64,000 nt of DNA from positions 2,591 through 66,590 of the forward strand of contig JAFUPL010000006.1 in assembly GCA_017481235.1 (NCBI GenBank). The letters are read 5' to 3'. Below the pieces are notes generated by a model. It was not told the origin of the DNA and did not search any database. It worked only from the letters and a program-made list of their open reading frames with translations. Numbering within the stretch: the stretch's first letter is position 1; each line of letters starts with the position of its first letter. This stretch comes from Clostridia bacterium (GTDB lineage: Bacteria; Bacillota; Clostridia; Christensenellales; UBA1242). The translations under genes were made by a program, and so were the position numbers. Below, piece after piece: positions 57,888 through 64,000 of this stretch.

Positions 57888-57954
57888 TATGTATGTATAA
57901 AACTCAAACTCTTACGCAAAATATATATGATTACTTTATATGTAGGGAGAATGT

Positions 57955-58191
57955 ATGTTAAAGATAATTGCTTTTATACTTACTATTGCTGGGGGATTAA
58001 ATTGGCTTGCTATAGGCATGTTACAATACGATTTTGTGGCGGGAATATTTGGGACTCAAGCAAACTTGTTTAGTCGTATTATTTATACATTAATAGGAGT
58101 TTCGGCGGTGTATTTAACTTGTGTTATGATTGCAAATAAAGGTAGATTAACCGCTACCGCTAAAAATCACAAAAAGGCAGAACAAGAATAA
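57955..58191 (+). CDS. DUF378 family small membrane protein (second paralog)
   Basis: GGLNWLAIGM motif. Confidence 0.75.
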   Translation: MLKIIAFILTIAGGLNWLAIGMLQYDFVAGIFGTQANLFSRIIYTLIGVSAVYLTCVMIANKGRLTATAKNHKKAEQE

Positions 58192-58283
58192 TTTAATAAA
58201 AATACGAAAAATGTCGAAACAAGTTTTATATTTGTTTGACATTTTTTATATATGTTGCTATATTTTTATTAGGAGGGTATTTT

Positions 58284-58715
58284 ATGATTTGGCTTTGGAT
58301 ATGGGGAATAGTAACGGCAATTGCATTGGTTGTTGAATTTTTAACTTCTGATTTAATTACTGTATGGTTTGCTGCGGGCGGTCTTATAACTTTGTTAGTG
58401 GTCGCACTTGCACCAAGCATTCCAATAGTGTGGCAATTTGTTATATTTGTAGGTGTTTCGGTTGTGTTATTGTTGTGTACACGTAAGATTTGCTTAAAAC
58501 TTTTACGTGGCGATAATGTCAAAACAAACACTGACGCACTTATTGGAAAGAGATTTGTGGTTTCTGAAATACAAGAGAATTACACTTATTACAAAATCAA
58601 CGGCGTGTTATGGCAAGTGTTTGCGGTTGATGGCGAAAGTTTGGAAATTGGCGCTGAGTTTGAAATTTGTGAAATCAAGGGAAACAAATTGATTGCTAAA
58701 AAGGTGAAAAAATAA
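58284..58715 (+). CDS. NfeD-family membrane protein
   Basis: Start after an AGGAGGG SD. TM N-terminus plus a C-terminal OB-like domain. Lies upstream of the SPFH gene. Confidence 0.7.
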   Translation: MIWLWIWGIVTAIALVVEFLTSDLITVWFAAGGLITLLVVALAPSIPIVWQFVIFVGVSVVLLLCTRKICLKLLRGDNVKTNTDALIGKRFVVSEIQENYTYYKINGVLWQVFAVDGESLEIGAEFEICEIKGNKLIAKKVKK

Positions 58716-58797
58716 TTTCAAGATATTAAATATTTAAAATATCTAAGTTATGTTTATTGAAAGCACAAAATATTATTGTTTTAAAAAGGAGAAAGTT

Positions 58798-59727
58798 ATG
58801 ACAGGTGTTATTATATTTTTATGTTTAATTGTGTTGGTGGCGGTGATGTTTATTTTGTCTATTAGACAAGTTCGCCAATCTAGCGCCCGCAATGTGGAAA
58901 GGTTGGGTAAATATCATAGAACTATAGGTTCGGGTATTCACTTTGTTATTCCATTTATTGAAAAATGTGGTCCAGCAATCTCACTGAAAGAGAATGTTGC
59001 AGATTTCAAACCACAATCAGTTATCACTAAGGATAATGTTACAATGCAAATTGATACGGTGGTATATTATCAAATTACTGACCCTAAACTATATGCTTAT
59101 GGCATTGAGCGTCCACAATCTGCGCTTGAAAATTTAACCGCAACTACTTTACGTAACATTGTAGGTGAGTTGGAGTTGGACGAAACTCTTACATCTCGTG
59201 ATACGGTTAATACTAAAATGCGAGTTATTCTAGACGAAGCGACAGACGCTTGGGGGATTAAAGTTAACCGTGTAGAACTTAAAAACATTTTGCCTCCACG
59301 CGATATTCAAGATGCAATGGAAAAGCAAATGCGTGCCGAACGTGAGCGTCGTGAAGCAATTTTAAAAGCCGAAGGTGAAAAGAAATCAAACATTTTAGTT
59401 GCCGAAGGTGAAAAGGAAGCAGCAATTTTGCGCGCTGAAGCAAAGCGTATATCACTTGAAACCGAAGCGGAAGGTATGGCAAATGCAATCAAACTAATTA
59501 TTGATGCAAAACCAGATGCAGCATATTTGACTTTGCAAGGTTATGACGCATTAAAAACTCTTGCCAATGGTCAAGCAACTAAAATTATTGTTCCAAGCGA
59601 AATTCAAAACGTTGCAGGACTGCTTACAAGTTTAAAGGAAGTTGTATCAACTCCTACGCCAGAAGCAAAAACTGTTAAAAAAGTTGCAAGTAAGGAAGTT
59701 AGCAAAGAAAAGAAAAATAGTTTATAA
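58798..59727 (+). CDS. SPFH/band-7 (stomatin-like) protein
   Basis: TKDNVTMQIDTVVYYQI, and the AEGEK repeat region typical of the family. Confidence 0.88.
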   Translation: MTGVIIFLCLIVLVAVMFILSIRQVRQSSARNVERLGKYHRTIGSGIHFVIPFIEKCGPAISLKENVADFKPQSVITKDNVTMQIDTVVYYQITDPKLYAYGIERPQSALENLTATTLRNIVGELELDETLTSRDTVNTKMRVILDEATDAWGIKVNRVELKNILPPRDIQDAMEKQMRAERERREAILKAEGEKKSNILVAEGEKEAAILRAEAKRISLETEAEGMANAIKLIIDAKPDAAYLTLQGYDALKTLANGQATKIIVPSEIQNVAGLLTSLKEVVSTPTPEAKTVKKVASKEVSKEKKNSL

Positions 59728-59772
59728 TTTATAAAAATCTATTCAATAAATATATAAAAAACTCTATATGAT

Positions 59773-60201
59773 TTATAGAGTTTTTTGTTGATTTTGACTA
59801 TTGTATAAATTATTAATTATAATATCGACAACTATATAAGTTTTATATGCATTAATTGCTTTAGATGGTTCTAAGTTAATTATATCCACATCATTGTCAA
59901 GAATTATTTTAATATTGTGGGCATAAGCAAATATGTCATTGTAGTCAATTTCGGTATTTTTTATAATATATAATACTTTATCGGTTAATTGATTAAGTAA
60001 TTGTTCGTTTTGTGTATCAATACTTTCATTAGAGGGATTATTAAATATCGACACACTTGATTTTTGAAGCATGAGTGCTTGATTGTCAAGGTTATGTAAA
60101 TATAAATTTAAGTCATCTAATTGAATACATCGTGTTATTAAATTTTCACATTTTTTATCTTTATGATTTTGTTTGTTGATTAAATTTTTTATTATTGTCA
60201 T
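59773..60201 (-). CDS. Hypothetical protein
   Basis: 142-aa ORF. Confidence 0.45.
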   Translation of the reverse strand: MTIIKNLINKQNHKDKKCENLITRCIQLDDLNLYLHNLDNQALMLQKSSVSIFNNPSNESIDTQNEQLLNQLTDKVLYIIKNTEIDYNDIFAYAHNIKIILDNDVDIINLEPSKAINAYKTYIVVDIIINNLYNSQNQQKTL

Positions 60202-60388
60202 TTTTTCTCCTATATATCTATAATTATTTGCGCGCGGACTATATTCTAATATAAAAAATATAAAAAATAACGCTAATTACAATTTGTCTAATTATTCGAC
60301 AACAATTATCAAATTAGGCGTGTTGATATTATAAAAAAAGAACTCATCAAATGATTTTGACGAGTCTTTTTTTAATTATGTGGTTGTA

Positions 60389-60553
60389 CTAGTCCGCTTG
60401 AACATAATAACTACCAGAATGTTGTGTTGCAGGGAATCTTTTACCCTTTTCTAAGTACAAACTTCCGCCATTTTCGCCTTGTTGACTATAAGCAGAATAA
60501 GTACCTGATTTTGGTACAACTTCGCCTGGAGTCCATTTTTTATAATTGCTCAT
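60389..60553 (-). CDS. YjzC-like small protein (54 aa, below track cutoff)
   Basis: GGAGGTG SD 7 nt upstream. Sequence is MSNYKKWTPGEVVPKSGTYSAY...LEKGKRFPAT, which matches the YjzC pattern. Confidence 0.6.
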   Translation of the reverse strand: MSNYKKWTPGEVVPKSGTYSAYSQQGENGGSLYLEKGKRFPATQHSGSYYVQAD

Positions 60554-60684
60554 GTATAGCACCTCCATATATAGATTGTGTATATTTTCAAATTTTAATC
60601 AAGATTTTTAAAATTATTATAAAAATTATCAATAATTTGTTAAAATATTTGTAATATCCAAGTTGAAGTGGTATAATAAAACTA

Positions 60685-62421
60685 ATGAAAAACTTAGCAA
60701 AATATTTAAAATATTATAAACTTCAAGTAATTCTTGGACCTATTTGCAAACTTATTGAAACATTACTTGAATTATCTTGCCCTATACTTGTGGCAAAGAT
60801 TATCGATCATGGAATTTCGTCGGGGGATACGTCGTACATTGTTAAATATGGACTTATTGTAATAGCGTTTCATATAATGTGCTTTTGTTTTGCGGTTATT
60901 TGTCAAAAATGCGCAGCGGTTTCTAGTGTTGGTATTGCAACTAAGATTAGAGAAGATATGTATACCAATATAAATAATTTATCGCATGCCGAAATTGACA
61001 AATTTGGCACATCATCATTACTTACAAGACTTACTAATGATGTATCGCAAATAGAAGTCATGGTGTCTATTCTTATTCGTGTTATGATAAGATGTCCATG
61101 CTTATTGATTGGTTCAATACTTTTATCATTATCAATTAATCTTAAGTTATCGCTAGTATTTTTAGTAGTAATACCAGTGCTTGCCATTATATTAACAATA
61201 TTTACTAAAAAGACAATGCCATTTTTCAAACTGGTTAGGCAAAAACTTGATATAGTATCACGCATCACGCGTGAAAATTTATCGGGTGTAAGAGTTGTTC
61301 GAGCATTTAATCATCAAGATGAGGAAAAAGAAAGATTTTTTGAGGCAAATGAAAAACTTGTAAAAACTAATATAGGCGTTAGTCAAATATCGGCGCTATT
61401 AAATCCATTAATTTTTCTAATTGTTGACTTTGCAATTATTGCAATATTATGGTTTGGTGGAATTGAAATAAATGTTGGCGGACTTACTCAAGGTGAATTG
61501 ATTGCTTTTTGTAATTATATGATAACGCTTTCCAATGCATTGATTGCAACTTCACGTATTTACGTAAACCTTGTTAGAACTACCGCTAGTGCGCACCGAA
61601 TTAACGAGGTTTTGCAAGCAAGGTCTAGCGTAGACTTTGCTGACAAAAAAGTTAGTGTTATTATAGACGAAAATCAACCAATACTTGAGTTTAAAAATGT
61701 AGGATTTTCATACGACCGTTACGAGAAAGACCCTGAACGTATGTTTGTTAAAAATCTAACATTTAACCTTATGCCCAATCAAACTCTTGGAATTATTGGA
61801 AGTACGGGTTCGGGTAAAACCACAGTAGCAAATCTTATTGCAAGATTTTATGATTGCAATACTGGTGAAATACTATTATATGGAAAAAATATAAAGGATT
61901 ATCCAGTTAAACAATTGCGTGATATTGTAAGTATAACGCAACAACGTTCAACATTGTTTTCAGGCACTTTGCGTGAAAATATGCAAATACGAAAAAACAA
62001 TGCAACCGACGACGAGATAATCTCAGCACTAAAAACGTCTCAAGCATGGGATTTTGTTCAAAATTTCCCTAATGGTTTGGATTATAAAATTATGGCGGGA
62101 GGCAAAAATGTATCGGGCGGACAAATGCAACGTCTTACAATTGCCCGAAGTTTAATTGGAGAACCAAAGTTATTAATACTTGATGATAGTGCTAGCGCTT
62201 TAGATTTCTTAACCGATTTAAATTTGCGAAAAGCACTTAAAAAGGATTTAAATTGTTCTACGATATTAATTTCGCAACGAACAACCACCATAAAAAATGC
62301 GGATTTGATTATTGTGCTAGACCATGGTGATGTTGTGGGTATGGGGAAACATAAAGACTTGTTAAAAACGTGTTCGATTTACCGCGAAACTTATCACTCA
62401 CAAACACAAAGAGAGGAATAA
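60685..62421 (+). CDS. ABC exporter, fused permease/ATPase
   Basis: GSTGSGKTT Walker A, signature VSGGQMQR, and LILDDSAS. Confidence 0.92.
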   Translation: MKNLAKYLKYYKLQVILGPICKLIETLLELSCPILVAKIIDHGISSGDTSYIVKYGLIVIAFHIMCFCFAVICQKCAAVSSVGIATKIREDMYTNINNLSHAEIDKFGTSSLLTRLTNDVSQIEVMVSILIRVMIRCPCLLIGSILLSLSINLKLSLVFLVVIPVLAIILTIFTKKTMPFFKLVRQKLDIVSRITRENLSGVRVVRAFNHQDEEKERFFEANEKLVKTNIGVSQISALLNPLIFLIVDFAIIAILWFGGIEINVGGLTQGELIAFCNYMITLSNALIATSRIYVNLVRTTASAHRINEVLQARSSVDFADKKVSVIIDENQPILEFKNVGFSYDRYEKDPERMFVKNLTFNLMPNQTLGIIGSTGSGKTTVANLIARFYDCNTGEILLYGKNIKDYPVKQLRDIVSITQQRSTLFSGTLRENMQIRKNNATDDEIISALKTSQAWDFVQNFPNGLDYKIMAGGKNVSGGQMQRLTIARSLIGEPKLLILDDSASALDFLTDLNLRKALKKDLNCSTILISQRTTTIKNADLIIVLDHGDVVGMGKHKDLLKTCSIYRETYHSQTQREE

Positions 62422-64000
62422 TGAAAAATAATAAATTAAAAGGAATTTGGTCAACAATTAAAAAAGTGATTGCTTATGCAAAACCGCATAAGATGTATTT
62501 CTTTTTATCCATAATATTTGCATTTTTGGCAATTGGTCTTAATATGTTTGTTCCAGTAATGCTTGGTTGGGCTATTGATTGTGTTGTGGGTGTTGGTGCG
62601 GTAAATTTTGGCAAACTTGGACGCGTGCTTATCCTTATTGGAGTGGTGGCGGTATTAAGTGCTACGTTCGAATGGTTTGAAGTGTATTTTGAAAACATTT
62701 TAACCAATCGTACCGCTCAAAGTATGAGAAATAAGTGTTTTGAAAAAATTAATCGAGTTCCGCTAAAATATATTGACAATCAACCCCATGGCGATATTAT
62801 GAGCACCATTATCAACGATATTGAAAATGTAACAGATGGTTTTTTATCGGGATTTAAGTCGATATTATCGGGTGTAGTTACAATTGTAAGCGTTATTATA
62901 TTTATGCTTTCAATCAATATACCTATGGCACTTATTGTAATAGTGCTAGCACCACTAAGTTTACTTATTTCGGTGTATATTACAAAAAAATCGAAAAAGT
63001 TATATAAAGAACGTGTGAACAAACTTGGTCAAATTAGTGCATATAGCGAAGAGATGTTGGGAAACATCAAAGTGGTAAAAGCATTTAACAACGAAAAACA
63101 AAATATTGACAACTTTCAACAAATCAACAAGCAGTTGTATGCGTCTTCCGAAAAAGCGTCATTTTACGCTTCGCTTGCATGGCCATGCACTAAACTGGTA
63201 AATGGTACGCTTTATGCAATAGTTGCCGTAAGTGGTGCATTTGTGTGCATAAGAGGTCATATTAGCATTGGTCAAATATCAACATTTTTAAGTTATGTTG
63301 AAAACTATACTTCGCCATTTAATGAAATTGCTAGCATTGTGGCGGATATCCAAATAGCAATTGCAAGCGCAAATCGTGTATTTGATTTGCTTGAAGAAGA
63401 TGATGAAGTTAGTGATGAAGGTTGTCCAAATATAGTTAATTGCAACGGTGAAGTTAAATTGAAAGATGTATGTTTTTCATATACGTCGCAATCAAAACTA
63501 ATTGAAAATTTAAACGTTACTGCAACTAAAGGCAAAACCATTGCTATTGTAGGACCTACTGGTTGTGGAAAGTCAACAATAATTAATTTATTGATGAGAT
63601 TTTACGATATTAACAGTGGCAAGATTATGGTTAGCAATCGTGATATTCAAAAGGTTACGCGAAAGAGTTTGCGCAATTGTTATGGAATGGTGTTGCAAGA
63701 AAGTTGGTTATATAATGCATCAATTAGAGATAATATTGCATATGGTAAACCAGATGCAACAATGGAGGAAATAATTGAAGCAAGCAAACTTGCTAACGCA
63801 CATACATTTATTGAAAAGTTACCGCAAGGATACGATACAATAATTACTGAAAGTGCTGACAATGTGTCGGCGGGGCAAAAGCAACTAATTTGTATTGCAC
63901 GAATAATGCTTACTAAACCTCCAATGCTAATTTTGGACGAAGCAACAAGTAATATTGACACTCGAACCGAGATGAATATTCAACAAGCATTTGATTATAT
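62421..64000 (+). CDS. ABC exporter, fused permease/ATPase, partner subunit (runs off right edge)
   Basis: Not in the track. ATG overlaps the upstream TAA. GPTGCGKST Walker A, VSAGQKQL signature, and LILDEATS. Confidence 0.9.
   Translation, partial: MKNNKLKGIWSTIKKVIAYAKPHKMYFFLSIIFAFLAIGLNMFVPVMLGWAIDCVVGVGAVNFGKLGRVLILIGVVAVLSATFEWFEVYFENILTNRTAQSMRNKCFEKINRVPLKYIDNQPHGDIMSTIINDIENVTDGFLSGFKSILSGVVTIVSVIIFMLSINIPMALIVIVLAPLSLLISVYITKKSKKLYKERVNKLGQISAYSEEMLGNIKVVKAFNNEKQNIDNFQQINKQLYASSEKASFYASLAWPCTKLVNGTLYAIVAVSGAFVCIRGHISIGQISTFLSYVENYTSPFNEIASIVADIQIAIASANRVFDLLEEDDEVSDEGCPNIVNCNGEVKLKDVCFSYTSQSKLIENLNVTATKGKTIAIVGPTGCGKSTIINLLMRFYDINSGKIMVSNRDIQKVTRKSLRNCYGMVLQESWLYNASIRDNIAYGKPDATMEEIIEASKLANAHTFIEKLPQGYDTIITESADNVSAGQKQLICIARIMLTKPPMLILDEATSNIDTRTEMNIQQAFDY

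Noticed and set aside
59279-59492. A repetitive stretch in the SPFH gene, with two overlapping antisense ORFs.
   Set aside because: The repeat is the family-typical AEGEK/ILxAEA coiled region of band-7 proteins. The antisense ORFs are artefacts.
1-64000. An alternative genetic code: TGA as Trp or Gly, or TAA as a sense codon.
   Set aside because: All long conserved genes are uninterrupted under the standard code, and Trp is encoded by TGG in them. TAA, TAG and TGA each terminate well-supported genes (gyrA and metG with TAA, gyrB with TAG, 54220..55152 with TGA).
1-64000. CRISPR arrays, rRNA genes, and IS elements or transposases.
   Set aside because: No regularly spaced direct repeats, no rRNA-like conserved stretches and no transposase-like ORFs were seen. 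The only recombinase is the serine recombinase at 16673..18205.

Overview
AT-rich (about one-third GC by eye), standard-code (table 11) Bacillota-like chromosomal segment. No rRNA and no CRISPR array were seen.

**1-20.1 kb, accessory**
- A tightly packed minus-strand five-gene cassette: SNF2 helicase, a TPR/HEPN gene broken by a single TAA, type III Mod, DUF4160, and type III Res (runs off the left edge).
- A roughly 9 kb minus-strand module with an HUH/two-Tyr Rep and a Zot-like ATPase. It looks like an integrated inovirus/plectrovirus-like ssDNA element.
- A divergent large serine recombinase.
- A composite recombination scar. Three junctions share a TCCGCCA core and shuffle a 105-bp GC-rich module (X) and a 50-bp terminator module (Y) around a 1.5 kb cargo. 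The cargo carries a consensus promoter, an operator-like repeat array and an orphan 288-aa gene.

**20.7-30.6 kb, Wzx/Wzy-type polysaccharide locus**
- XRE regulator, GT4, a Wzy-like/GT2 fusion split by one TAA, Caps_synth, GT4, GT2, Wzx, and a convergent LicD.

**30.8-64 kb, mostly plus-strand housekeeping**
- Genes include hup, typA, dnaB, dtd, metG, gyrB, gyrA, radC, greA, NfeD-SPFH and two ABC exporter genes.
- Oddities: three intergenic terminator hairpins built on the perfect DnaA-box 9-mer between metG and gyrB; a GNAT gene with TGA where the family has an invariant Gly; a tRNA-Arg(UCG) with a duplicated promoter plus 5' half; and two apparently leaderless genes.

**Best candidates for something undescribed**
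- The SNF2-HEPN-type III R-M cassette.
- The serine-recombinase junction triad with its GC-rich structured module.
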